Shown: positions 47,566-56,815, numbered from the stretch's first letter. The stretch: DNA of 64,000 nucleotides from Minisyncoccia bacterium (GCA_041485465.1 JBGPJO010000003.1:3705-67704), one strand, 5' to 3'. A program made the numbers and translations. Notes: a model not told the origin generated them from the sequence alone.

Positions 47566-48245
47566 AGCAGAGTGAGGATTCTTGGTGGTGGAAGGGTAGG
47601 GCCTACGCCGTATCTCGACTTCTATCGAAATATGTCCACTCTAAAGATAACAACATTCTTGATGTTGGGGCTGGGTATGGTTCGATGTATCCGGTACTTG
47701 CGCTATACGGCGATGTCTTAGCTCTTGAGGTTTACGAAGAAGCCGCTAATGTTTGTCGAATGCGTGGTTATCGGGAAGTATTAACGCATGACGATGATTT
47801 GAACGGAAAAGGTAAAGCCTTTGATCTTATCGGGGCTTTTGATGTGATTGAACATATCGAAAATGATCAAAAATTTTTAGATTCTCTGTACAAATCATTA
47901 AAGCCGGGAGGTTTAATTATCGCGACTGTGCCAGCATATCAAGCTCTTTGGAGTACTCATGATGTCGAACATCACCATTTTAGAAGGTATACAAAAAGTT
48001 CCTTGAAGTATGTCTTTTCTGAGGCCGGTTTCAAGGTTATTTATTCTAGCTATTGGAATTTTTCATTATTTCCGGTTGCTTTTGCATTAAGAAAATTAGG
48101 ACATGGTGGGGATGAGGGTTTAAATCCCGGCGGTGTTATTAATAGTTTAATTTCTGGCCTACTTTGGCTAGAGTCCCGGTGTATGTCATATGTCTCTTTT
48201 CCGTGGGGGGTAAGTGTCGTTATTTTGGCGCGGCGAGTCAAATGA
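47538..48245 (+). CDS. class I SAM-dependent methyltransferase
   Basis: 'ILDVGAGYGSMYPVL' and 'FDLIGAFDVIEHI'. Confidence 0.7.
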   Translation: MEQKAYEYLKQSEDSWWWKGRAYAVSRLLSKYVHSKDNNILDVGAGYGSMYPVLALYGDVLALEVYEEAANVCRMRGYREVLTHDDDLNGKGKAFDLIGAFDVIEHIENDQKFLDSLYKSLKPGGLIIATVPAYQALWSTHDVEHHHFRRYTKSSLKYVFSEAGFKVIYSSYWNFSLFPVAFALRKLGHGGDEGLNPGGVINSLISGLLWLESRCMSYVSFPWGVSVVILARRVK

Positions 48246-48393
48246 TGACTGTCGTTGACCGCCCATGAAATTCGATCATAATACAGTTTATGAATATTGC
48301 GGGTCGGAAACACAAAGGGTTAGGTCGGAAGATCGGGGAGTATACTGATAGACTTATAGACTATTGAACCAAAAAATCCAAAGAACATAATCT

Positions 48394-49413
48394 ATGATTT
48401 TAGTGCGCGCACCACTTCGAATAAGTTTTGTGGGAGGAGGAACGGATCTCCCCGAGTTTTACCATAAGTATCCGGGGCGGGTTCTTTCTGCGACCATAGA
48501 TAAATTTGTATATCTGGCAATAAAATCCACCCCGCTCGTTAATAAATTTATAGTCAAATACCAAAAAACAGAATCAGTGGCTCATCCTAAAGAGCTTAAA
48601 CATGACAGGGTTCGCGAAGCCCTTCTTAAGCTCTCATTGGTTGATGATGGCATTGAAATAGGATCTTTTGCAGATCTGCCTGCAAAAACCGGTCTTGGTT
48701 CCTCATCGAGCTTCTCTGTTGCACTTCTAAAGGGCCTCTATGCTTTTCAGGGGAGAAAATTGGGTGCAAAAGAGGCAGCGGAAATGGCAGCTGATTTGGA
48801 AATAAATTTGGTGGGGGAACCTATCGGTAAACAGGACCAATACGCAGCATCTCTGGGAGGCTTCAATATTTTCCAGTTCAATAAGGATGAATCTGTCGAT
48901 ATCGAATCAATTTTACTCGATTACAAAAAGCGCAGCATAATGGAGGATCATCTGATGTTGCTTTTTACTGGAATCACCAGGGACGCGCGTTCTGTTCTTA
49001 AGGGTCAGAGCTCTAAAATTCTTGATAATATCGAGACGTATAAAAAGATGTCCGATTCCGTTTTTGATTTCAACGAAAAATTGCTTGCCGGAGATCTAAG
49101 AGGTATGGCGGATATGTTGAACGAAGGCTGGAAAAGAAAAAAAAGCCTGGCCCCCAATGTCTCGAATTCGCTGATAGATGAGCTTTTTGAAGCTGGTCTT
49201 AAAGCGGGGGCTTGGGGCGGAAAAATTCTGGGCGCTGGCGGTGGAGGCTGTCTTCTTTTTATAGTGCCTCCAAACATTAAGGCTACTGTAGGAGCTGCCG
49301 TAAAAGCTGTCGCCTCAAAAAACAACCTAAAGGATTTCCAAGAAATTCCTTTCCGATTTACCCAATGTGGCACTGACGTAATTTTTAACAGCTACCACTC
49401 TTCCTTGTCTTAG
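48394..49413 (+). CDS. hddA: GHMP-family sugar kinase, D-glycero-alpha-D-manno-heptose 7-phosphate kinase-like
   Basis: The N-terminal 'RAPLRISFVGGGTDLPEFY' is typical of HddA-type GHMP kinases. GHMP motif 'PAKTGLGSSSSFSVA'. Confidence 0.6.
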   Translation: MILVRAPLRISFVGGGTDLPEFYHKYPGRVLSATIDKFVYLAIKSTPLVNKFIVKYQKTESVAHPKELKHDRVREALLKLSLVDDGIEIGSFADLPAKTGLGSSSSFSVALLKGLYAFQGRKLGAKEAAEMAADLEINLVGEPIGKQDQYAASLGGFNIFQFNKDESVDIESILLDYKKRSIMEDHLMLLFTGITRDARSVLKGQSSKILDNIETYKKMSDSVFDFNEKLLAGDLRGMADMLNEGWKRKKSLAPNVSNSLIDELFEAGLKAGAWGGKILGAGGGGCLLFIVPPNIKATVGAAVKAVASKNNLKDFQEIPFRFTQCGTDVIFNSYHSSLS

Positions 49414-49424
49414 TTATCTTATTT

Positions 49425-50015
49425 ATGCAGGACTACATCAATAATTTAATAAACGAAGTAAAAAATACAATAGAGGCTCTGCCTGTAAACGAAATTGCCA
49501 AAGCCTTAAATATTATTCAAGCGGTTTACGAACGTGACGCTAGGATTTATATTTTTGGAAACGGAGGTTCGCTTGCCCTTGCCACTCACTGGGTTAGTGA
49601 TTTTAATAAGACAGTCTTCAGTCATAATTTAGAAAAACATAGTCGGCGTTTTCAGGCTATGCGTGTGCCGTCGACCGAAGAGGAAATGTCGGCTTGGGCT
49701 AATGATGTCGGATATGAAATGATCTTTGCTGGACCTCTTCAAAATTATCTGCGTGAAGGGGATTGCGTTATCGCTATCAGTAGCTCGGGAAATTCAGCTA
49801 ACATTGTAAAAGCCGTTGAATTGGCAAAGCGTAACCATGTGCCAGTGATTGGCCTGTCGGGTTTTGATGGTGGGAAGCTCAATGAGTTAGCTGATGTGAA
49901 GATTTTGGTCAAGACAGCTAAAGGGAAATATGAAATTGTAGAGGGTATTCATGCCGTTATTTTACATATGATCACGAAGTATTTTCAGGATTACTTTGAT
50001 CATCTGATTATGTAA
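49425..50015 (+). CDS. gmhA: SIS-domain sedoheptulose-7-phosphate isomerase
   Basis: 'RIYIFGNGGSLALATHWVSDF' and 'IAISSSGNSANIV'. Confidence 0.75.
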   Translation: MQDYINNLINEVKNTIEALPVNEIAKALNIIQAVYERDARIYIFGNGGSLALATHWVSDFNKTVFSHNLEKHSRRFQAMRVPSTEEEMSAWANDVGYEMIFAGPLQNYLREGDCVIAISSSGNSANIVKAVELAKRNHVPVIGLSGFDGGKLNELADVKILVKTAKGKYEIVEGIHAVILHMITKYFQDYFDHLIM

Positions 50016-50072
50016 GGGGAATGTTTGTAGGGAAGCTATTGTGAGAAACTCTGATTCTGATATATTACCGAA

Positions 50073-50999
50073 ATGATTTCTGTCGTATTCCCGGCCTACA
50101 ATGAGGAAAAAAATGTAGCCGAACTCCACAAGCGTCTGCTCGAGGCCTTTCGGCGCGTGAATGAGCCTTTTGAGATACTTGCGGTTGATAATGGCTCAAC
50201 GGACGGAACACTTGAGCAACTTAAGAAGCTTTCACCGGTGAAAATTATCTCTTTGGCCTACAATATAGGCCAAACTGCCGGACTTGATGCGGGGATACAC
50301 GCAGCGAAGGGAGACATTATTTTCACTATGGACGCCGATTTACAGAATGACCCGGCAGATATTCCCGCGATGCTCAACAAAATGAAAGAAGGCTATGATG
50401 TTGTGGTCGGCTGGCGGAAAGAGAGACATGATTCTTTTGGTCGCCGTTTTTTTTCATCGTTTGCAAATGGTGTAACGCGAAAAATTGCCGGGCTTAATAT
50501 CCATGATTATGGCTGCGCACTTCGGGTGTTTAAGAAAAGTTTTTTGGAAGATGTTCATCTCTATGGCGTCATGCACGTATTCATACCGGTGATTATGGCA
50601 AGCCGTGGTGCGCGAGTTGGAGAAATGGTGGTACATCATCATGAGCGTAAGGCGGGCACTACCCACTACACGTTTCTCCACATGGCAACCGATATAGCCG
50701 ATTTGCTGACTATAAAGTTTTTGTACATTTATGCGATTCGACCGCTAGTATTTTTTGGCACTCTAGCACTAGGAAGTTTTGGTCTGGCATTTCTTTCCGT
50801 CCTCACGGCTATCATATTGAAATTTCAACTAGCATACAATTTAAGCCAGACGCCGCTTCCCGTTCTTTCTGCGCTATTTGTCATTCTTGGTTTTTTGCTC
50901 TTTATGCTCGGCTTTATCGTGGAGCTTTTGATACGTATATACTACGAAGCACGGGGAGTTACTCCGTACCGGATACGCGAAGTGATCGAGATACACTGA
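50073..50999 (+). CDS. GT2 polyprenyl-phosphate glycosyltransferase (ArnC/GtrB-like) with C-terminal TM helices
   Basis: 'ISVVFPAYNEEKNV', 'DNGSTDGT' and 'MDADLQNDP', followed by two C-terminal TM segments. Confidence 0.8.
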   Translation: MISVVFPAYNEEKNVAELHKRLLEAFRRVNEPFEILAVDNGSTDGTLEQLKKLSPVKIISLAYNIGQTAGLDAGIHAAKGDIIFTMDADLQNDPADIPAMLNKMKEGYDVVVGWRKERHDSFGRRFFSSFANGVTRKIAGLNIHDYGCALRVFKKSFLEDVHLYGVMHVFIPVIMASRGARVGEMVVHHHERKAGTTHYTFLHMATDIADLLTIKFLYIYAIRPLVFFGTLALGSFGLAFLSVLTAIILKFQLAYNLSQTPLPVLSALFVILGFLLFMLGFIVELLIRIYYEARGVTPYRIREVIEIH

Positions 51000-51014
51000 C
51001 CTTATTCTCTACAG

Positions 51015-52226
51015 TTATGCCCAAAGCTTTGCATAAGCCGTGGCGATACCTTCTTCGCTTTCCACAAGAATAGTAGAAACGCCAGCGGCATCTCCCGCTT
51101 CTTTATCTCGTTCATCATCTCCCACAAAAACAGCGTGCGAAAGATCTATGTTGTGTTCGCGCGCAACTTGGAAAAACATCCCGGGCTTGGGTTTGCGGCA
51201 GTCACAGGCGCTATCCCAACCGTGCGGGCAAAAATAAATTCCGTTTAGGTGCACGCCATAGACCCCTAATTCTCGCTCCATCTTTTTGTGGATTTGATTT
51301 AATGTATCAAGTGTTAAAGCTCCGCGTGCGATGCCCGGCTGGTTTGAGACGACATATAATTCAACTCCTTTTTTTGTCAGAGCAACAAGAGCCTCTATTG
51401 CCCCCGGTAGAAAAACAAACGCCTCGGGGGTTTTTATGTAATCAGCCTTTGGTGCTTTTACATTGAGTGTTCCATCGCGATCAAGGAAGAGCACTTTTCT
51501 TTGAGGATCGAGTGCTTGTGTGACGCCCGGCAGACGCTCGTTATCGGTAAGACTCCAGTACGGCTGATGGGTAAGAAAGCCCGCAAGCTCTTTTTTAGCA
51601 ATGAGTTTGGGTAAAACCGTTTCTTCAAAATTTACATTTTTTTCAGGTAAAAGGTCGAGCGCTTTGCGCGAAAGGATAAAAAAACCAATATCGACTCCGT
51701 TCAGTCCAGAAGCTTTTCGTGCTTTGTCGTATATCTCTACCAGGCCGGTTTCTCCAACGAGTATATTGTTTTTTTTTGAAGGGTCACTCCGCTCGTATAC
51801 AGTCACAAGATTGGGCGCAGAAGTTTTTTCACGATGCTTTATCAATTTCTCCAAATTAAGAGGCCAATAATTATCACCATAGAGAAGAAGGAACTCCTCA
51901 TTAAGTAGAGGTTTTGCTCTTTGTAAACGTTTTCCCGTCTCGTCTTCAACCAATCCCTGACTGTGTCTTATACGTACACCAAATTTCGAACCGTCTCCAA
52001 AGTATGCCGGAAACTGCTCAGCGAGATATCCCGTCAAAAAAATAATTTCCTCGATACCGTTTCTTTTTAATAGTTCAACAAGATACTCTGCAAATGGTTT
52101 GCCATGGATTCTTAGGAGTGGTTTAGGGGTGGTGAGAGTGAGCGGTCTTAAGCGTGCTCCTTGTCCTCCAACAAAAATTACTGCTTGGGTGATCTTTCTC
52201 ATACAAGTAATATACACAAATATCAA
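51015..52226 (-). CDS. fused D-glycero-D-manno-heptose 1-phosphate guanylyltransferase (HddC-like) / heptose 1,7-bisphosphate phosphatase (GmhB-like)
   Basis: N-terminal 'AVIFVGGQGARLRPLT' is a nucleotidyltransferase motif. C-terminal 'LFLDRDGTLN' (HAD DxDGT) and 'CDCRKPKPGM' are the GmhB signature. The start is probably at MRKITQ (52202). Confidence 0.7.
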   Translation of the reverse strand: MIFVYITCMRKITQAVIFVGGQGARLRPLTLTTPKPLLRIHGKPFAEYLVELLKRNGIEEIIFLTGYLAEQFPAYFGDGSKFGVRIRHSQGLVEDETGKRLQRAKPLLNEEFLLLYGDNYWPLNLEKLIKHREKTSAPNLVTVYERSDPSKKNNILVGETGLVEIYDKARKASGLNGVDIGFFILSRKALDLLPEKNVNFEETVLPKLIAKKELAGFLTHQPYWSLTDNERLPGVTQALDPQRKVLFLDRDGTLNVKAPKADYIKTPEAFVFLPGAIEALVALTKKGVELYVVSNQPGIARGALTLDTLNQIHKKMERELGVYGVHLNGIYFCPHGWDSACDCRKPKPGMFFQVAREHNIDLSHAVFVGDDERDKEAGDAAGVSTILVESEEGIATAYAKLWA

Positions 52227-52327
52227 AAAGCGGCTATTTTTTTATTTCCCTTCGAGAGAGAGGTAAAAAAATGCGCCGCACAAAGGAGAGCGCGGCGCAA
52301 TTTGGGGGACAGAACGTTGATAGAGCT

Positions 52328-52954
52328 CTACGAGGCCAGGTATTTAAGAATGTCCGATACTTGCCTTTCGAACTGGACGCTCGTATCGACGGCGAGATGT
52401 TCGTATCTTGAGAGCTCTGACGGAACGATCGGTTGATTCTTGAGATGTTTCCGCCACGCCTCGTCGGATGCGAGCTTACTCTTATCGCGCGAAGCATCAC
52501 GACTAATCATTCGTTGCCGCACCACTTCTTCTGGTGCCCGGCAGTGAAGGATCTTAAGAGAGTAGTGAACTCCTCGAAGAACTGGCACGAGAATATTCTC
52601 GATGTAGCCGATCCGTAGCTCGTTCTGGAAGTTTCCGTCGACGACCACATGCTTGCTGAGAAGCAAGTTGTCCTTGGCAAGCCGGATCATGGTGTCATAT
52701 GTCTGGTATTTGACGCACTCTGTGTAGTATTCGTTCCAGCTTGGATGTCCGCGCAAACACTCTTGCCTGCGGTAGGGGGTGATAGGGTCCCCATCTGGGC
52801 CAGCCGGTTTCCACGAAAAGCCATCGTTTATTGTATCCTTATCGATGAGAATACTGTCGGAAAGGTCTTGCACGAGTTTGTGAGTGAAAACGGTCTTGCC
52901 GACAGCGGCCGTTCCGGCTACTAGAATAAGCCGGGGAGGTGTGGGGAGTATCAT
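52328..52954 (-). CDS. P-loop NTPase, AAA_33/zeta-toxin-like small kinase
   Basis: Walker A 'LVAGTAAVGKTV' and a size of about 208 aa. No other domain. Confidence 0.45.
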   Translation of the reverse strand: MILPTPPRLILVAGTAAVGKTVFTHKLVQDLSDSILIDKDTINDGFSWKPAGPDGDPITPYRRQECLRGHPSWNEYYTECVKYQTYDTMIRLAKDNLLLSKHVVVDGNFQNELRIGYIENILVPVLRGVHYSLKILHCRAPEEVVRQRMISRDASRDKSKLASDEAWRKHLKNQPIVPSELSRYEHLAVDTSVQFERQVSDILKYLAS

Positions 52955-53112
52955 TCCGTAGCTCCTTTTTCCACTCTGATTTCTAGGTATCTAGAAAAAT
53001 GATATCACATTAATATTAATAAGTCAAGTCTTTCTCAAGAGATACATTGAGCCCATTAAGAAATCACTATTGAGGGTTACCGTACCTATGGTGGCGTGCT
53101 ATACTTCTCAAA

Positions 53113-55263
53113 ATGAAAATAAATTCCATACTTCGCTATTTCATTCTGGCCGGTATTTTCCTTGTTCCGTTCATTGCGCTTATAGTAGCGCAGAGCATGT
53201 TTTTCCCTTTTATTACAGGGAAAAATTTCTTATTTCGCATTCTTATTGAAATTCTTTTCGGTCTGTATCTCGTTCTTGCCGTTAGGGACGCAAACTACCG
53301 ACCAAAATTTTCGTGGCTCTTCGGCGCCTTTGTAGTTTTCCTTTTGATTATTGGCATTGCGGACATTTTCAGCGAGAACCCGTTCAAGAGTTTCTGGAGC
53401 AACTATGAGCGCATGGAGGGGTATGTTACCTTCCTTCACCTCTTTGCCTATTTTGTTGTGGCAAGCGCCCTATTAAATACGGAAAAATTATGGGAACGTC
53501 TTTTTCAGACTTCGCTTGGAGTGAGCGTTATCATGTCGCTTTACGGTGTTTTGCAATATGCTGGCACTCTTCAAATTCACCAAGGTTCAAACCGTCTCGA
53601 TGCAACGCTTGGCAATGCTACTTATCTTGCGATTTATGTTCTTATCCATATTTTTCTTGCCCTTTTTCTTTTTTTCAGAGAAAGACAGCATCTTTGGATA
53701 CGTATTTGTTATCTTATAGCCCTCTCACTCAATCTTTTCGTGCTGTATCAAACACAAACTCGCGGCGCGATTCTCGGTCTTATTGGGGGAGTACTTCTCA
53801 TCACGGTCATTCTTGCAATTTTTGAACGACAGGATAAGCGTCTTAGAAAATTTGCAATCGGAGGAGTTGCCGTCGTCCTTGTTCTTGCTGGGCTGTTTTT
53901 CTTAATACGCAATACTTCATTCGTAAAGAATCATCCGACACTTGACCGTCTTGCCTCGATCACGCTTGAAGGAGCCTCTGCCAACCCGCGCTTTATGATT
54001 TGGGAACTTGCCTGGCAGGGGTTTAAAGAACGCCCGATTTTGGGCTGGGGTCAGGAGAGTTTTAATTATGTCTTCAATAAGTATTATGATCCGAAACTCT
54101 ACGGCCAAGAGCAATGGTTTGATAGAACTCACAATGTAATCTTTGATTGGCTTATTGCCGGGGGGTTACTCGGGCTTTTGGGATATCTGTCCCTGTATCT
54201 TCTTGCGCTCTATTACATCTGGAGAAAAGGAGAATTTACCTTTAAAGAAAAAGCGGTCTTTACGGGAATGTTTGCTGCGTATTTTTTCCACAACCTCTTT
54301 GTTTTTGACAATATTGTCTCACTCATTCTTTTCATGACATTTCTTGCGTATCTCCATTCTCATGCCACGCGGGGGAAAGACCCTCGTTTCAAACAAGAAG
54401 CCCCTCAGTGGCTCAAGCTTTCAGCTCTCCCTTCCGGTATTTTAATTTCTGTCGCACTTATTTATTTTGTAAACTGGACCGCCTATTTTGCGAATCTCAC
54501 CCTTATAAAAGCGCTCGTCGCGGTACAAAATCCTGAGCAAAGTCTCACGTATTTCAAACAAACTCTCGCCTACAATGGTTTTGGCAATCAAGAAACCCGC
54601 GAACAACTGATGCAATTTACGGTTAATCTAAGGAGCAACACCCAGATAGCCGATAGTGTAAAGCAAGAAGCACTTATTCTTACCAGTACGGAAATGCAAA
54701 AGATGATTGCCCAATCCCCAAACGATGCTCGCCATTTTCTCTTTTACGGAACGGTCCTTGATGCCTACGGGCAATATCCGCAAGCTGAAACAGCTCTTAG
54801 CCGCGCACTGCAGCTCTCTCCCAAGAAGCAATCGATTCTCTTCCAGCTTGGCACTCATTACCTCAATTCAGGAAATCAACAAAAAGCATTGGCGGTTTTT
54901 AAGCAAGCGTATGATCTTGCTCCAGAGTATAACGAAGCCAGGCTTATCTACGCGATGGGGGCGATTTACGCAGGGAATAACGCTCTTGCTACTGAGCTTC
55001 TCGGCAATCAAATTGTAATCGACGATAGATTATTACGCGCCTATGCCGATACGAAGCAGTGGGGGAAAGCAATCGCGATTGCGCAGGCGAAGGTAAATCT
55101 TAATCCGAATGATCCGAACACTGAGCTCTTTCTTGCCGCCATTTATTATCAGGCCGGGCAAAAACAAAATGCGATCGCTGTTATTAAAGCAATGATTGCC
55201 GCAAACCCCCAATTTAAAGATCAGGGGGAAGGTTATATTAAACAAATTGAAGCAGGGAAATAG
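53113..55263 (+). CDS. O-antigen ligase/polymerase-like (Wzy_C) membrane protein with C-terminal TPR repeats
   Basis: About 12 N-terminal TM helices with a large loop, then about 250 C-terminal residues of TPR-like repeats ('ALQLSPKKQSILFQLGTHYLNSGNQQKALAVFKQAYDLAPEY'). Confidence 0.6.
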   Translation: MKINSILRYFILAGIFLVPFIALIVAQSMFFPFITGKNFLFRILIEILFGLYLVLAVRDANYRPKFSWLFGAFVVFLLIIGIADIFSENPFKSFWSNYERMEGYVTFLHLFAYFVVASALLNTEKLWERLFQTSLGVSVIMSLYGVLQYAGTLQIHQGSNRLDATLGNATYLAIYVLIHIFLALFLFFRERQHLWIRICYLIALSLNLFVLYQTQTRGAILGLIGGVLLITVILAIFERQDKRLRKFAIGGVAVVLVLAGLFFLIRNTSFVKNHPTLDRLASITLEGASANPRFMIWELAWQGFKERPILGWGQESFNYVFNKYYDPKLYGQEQWFDRTHNVIFDWLIAGGLLGLLGYLSLYLLALYYIWRKGEFTFKEKAVFTGMFAAYFFHNLFVFDNIVSLILFMTFLAYLHSHATRGKDPRFKQEAPQWLKLSALPSGILISVALIYFVNWTAYFANLTLIKALVAVQNPEQSLTYFKQTLAYNGFGNQETREQLMQFTVNLRSNTQIADSVKQEALILTSTEMQKMIAQSPNDARHFLFYGTVLDAYGQYPQAETALSRALQLSPKKQSILFQLGTHYLNSGNQQKALAVFKQAYDLAPEYNEARLIYAMGAIYAGNNALATELLGNQIVIDDRLLRAYADTKQWGKAIAIAQAKVNLNPNDPNTELFLAAIYYQAGQKQNAIAVIKAMIAANPQFKDQGEGYIKQIEAGK

Positions 55264-55270
55264 AAATTAT

Positions 55271-55299
55271 TTGACATACTTTTCAACTTTTGCTACACT
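55271..55299 (+). promoter_or_regulatory. consensus-like promoter TTGACA-17-TACACT
   Basis: TTGACA at 55271-76 and TACACT at 55294-99 with a 17-nt spacer. Confidence 0.5.
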
Positions 55300-55306
55300 G
55301 TTGGTG

Positions 55307-55477
55307 TGTGAGTGCTAACAATTGTTAGCTTTTCCAAAGAATGTCTGCGAAGAAGCCCTTTAGGGGGCTTTTTCGTTTCCATAATTTGTTATACTTGCGG
55401 TACTCTTCTTAGGGAGGGTGAGCGGCTGCACTCACATTTAAGATATTTTTTGGAGCTAGCACCCGCTCACCCTTTTT
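55307..55477 (+). promoter_or_regulatory. structured 5' leader/attenuator-like element upstream of murB, containing a perfect 16-bp palindrome GCTAACAATTGTTAGC (55314-55329) and a terminator-like hairpin gggtgagcgg/ccgctcaccc+TTTTT (55416-55477)
   Basis: Complementary segments are visible directly: tgtgagtgc (55307-15) vs gcactcaca (55428-36), and gggtgagcgg (55416-25) vs ccgctcaccc (55463-72) followed by T5. The latter sits 10 nt before the murB ATG. Confidence 0.35.
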
Positions 55478-55486
55478 AAGCGGAGT

Positions 55487-56503
55487 ATGAAAATCAGGGA
55501 AAACGTCTCCCTCAAAGATTACACAACTTTTCGGATTGGCGGAAAAGCCAGGTATTTTACTGACGTCCAGTCCGAAGCCGAGCTTAAAGAAGCGGTGATG
55601 TTTTCGAGCCGTGAAAAAATCCCTGTTTTTATATTAGGTGGCGGCTCAAACACACTGGTGAGCGACGGCGGATTTTCCGGTCTTGTTATTAGAATCGGCA
55701 TTCAGGGAATTTCTTCTGAAGATAGGGGGGGAAAAGTGAAAGTACGCGTTGGCGCGGGAGAAGACTGGGATCAATTTGTCAGCCGGATGGTTTCAAAGGG
55801 TCTCTTTGGTGTTGAGAATCTCTCGTACATTCCCGGCACCGTTGGGGCCGCGCCGATTCAAAATATCGGCGCGTATGGAAGCGAAGTGAAAGATACTATT
55901 GAGGCGGTTGAGGTGTTTGATACTGAAATTCTAGAAATGAAGACGCTCACAAATTCTAAATGTGGCTTCGGCTACCGAACAAGTATTTTCAAAACCGAGA
56001 TAGGAAGAAAATGGATTGTCACATCAGTTATCTTTAAACTTTCCAAAAAAGGCATTCCTAATATTTCATACAAGGACGTAGCGCTGTACTTTACACAAAA
56101 CCGTAAGGGACTGACACTTTCATCAATTCGCGATGCTGTCATCGCTGTCAGGAAGGGGAAACTTCCCGATGTGAAAAATATCGGTACGGCTGGCTCTTTT
56201 TTCAAAAATCCCATTATCACTAGGGATAAATATGAAGAATTAAAGGCCACATTTGGAGAAATACCCGGTGTTTTAATCAGCGGTGTATCGGTCAAAGTAC
56301 CCGCAGGCTGGCTTCTTGATCATATCGGTGGTTTTAGGGACGTACGTCGGGGCGATGCCGGCGTCTGGAATCGTCAGGCGCTGGTGATTGTTAATTTAGG
56401 CAAGGCAACAAGTAAGAATATTTTATCGCTTGCAAGCGTCATGCGGGAGAAAATAAAAAAAGAAACCGGAATTACTCTTGAGCCGGAAGTGGTGATAGTC
56501 TGA
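55487..56503 (+). CDS. murB: UDP-N-acetylenolpyruvoylglucosamine reductase
   Basis: 'LKDYTTFRIGGKARYF' FAD-binding PCMH N-terminus, 'GGGSNTLV', and the MurB C-terminal domain. Confidence 0.85.
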   Translation: MKIRENVSLKDYTTFRIGGKARYFTDVQSEAELKEAVMFSSREKIPVFILGGGSNTLVSDGGFSGLVIRIGIQGISSEDRGGKVKVRVGAGEDWDQFVSRMVSKGLFGVENLSYIPGTVGAAPIQNIGAYGSEVKDTIEAVEVFDTEILEMKTLTNSKCGFGYRTSIFKTEIGRKWIVTSVIFKLSKKGIPNISYKDVALYFTQNRKGLTLSSIRDAVIAVRKGKLPDVKNIGTAGSFFKNPIITRDKYEELKATFGEIPGVLISGVSVKVPAGWLLDHIGGFRDVRRGDAGVWNRQALVIVNLGKATSKNILSLASVMREKIKKETGITLEPEVVIV

Positions 56504-56777
56504 ATTTTTTTCAAAGCGGGCTCTTGAAAGTTATCCACACTTTTCCTGTTAAAATCATTGTGGCCATGTTGTAATTGTTCGATAATTAAGACAGTACAGT
56601 GTAGTCGCAAAGCTTTTGTATGAGAACCTCTCTCATGCGAAGGAGAGGTCGGCGATGTACACTCTTAGCAGTAAATGCAGTTTCTATTATGGCAAGAAAG
56701 CGACGCAAGGCCGCCCCGAAGAAGAAAAAGGCCACCAAAAAGAAAAGAAGGAGATAATTCTTCTTTCTCACTTTAGA

Positions 56778-56815
56778 CAAAATTCCCTTAAGAGCTTAAG
56801 GGAATTTTGTTTTCC
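56778..56815 (+). terminator. near-perfect 30-bp palindrome / terminator-like hairpin with U-tail
   Basis: aaaattcccttaag-ag-cttaagggaatttt followed by gttttccc. Confidence 0.4.
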
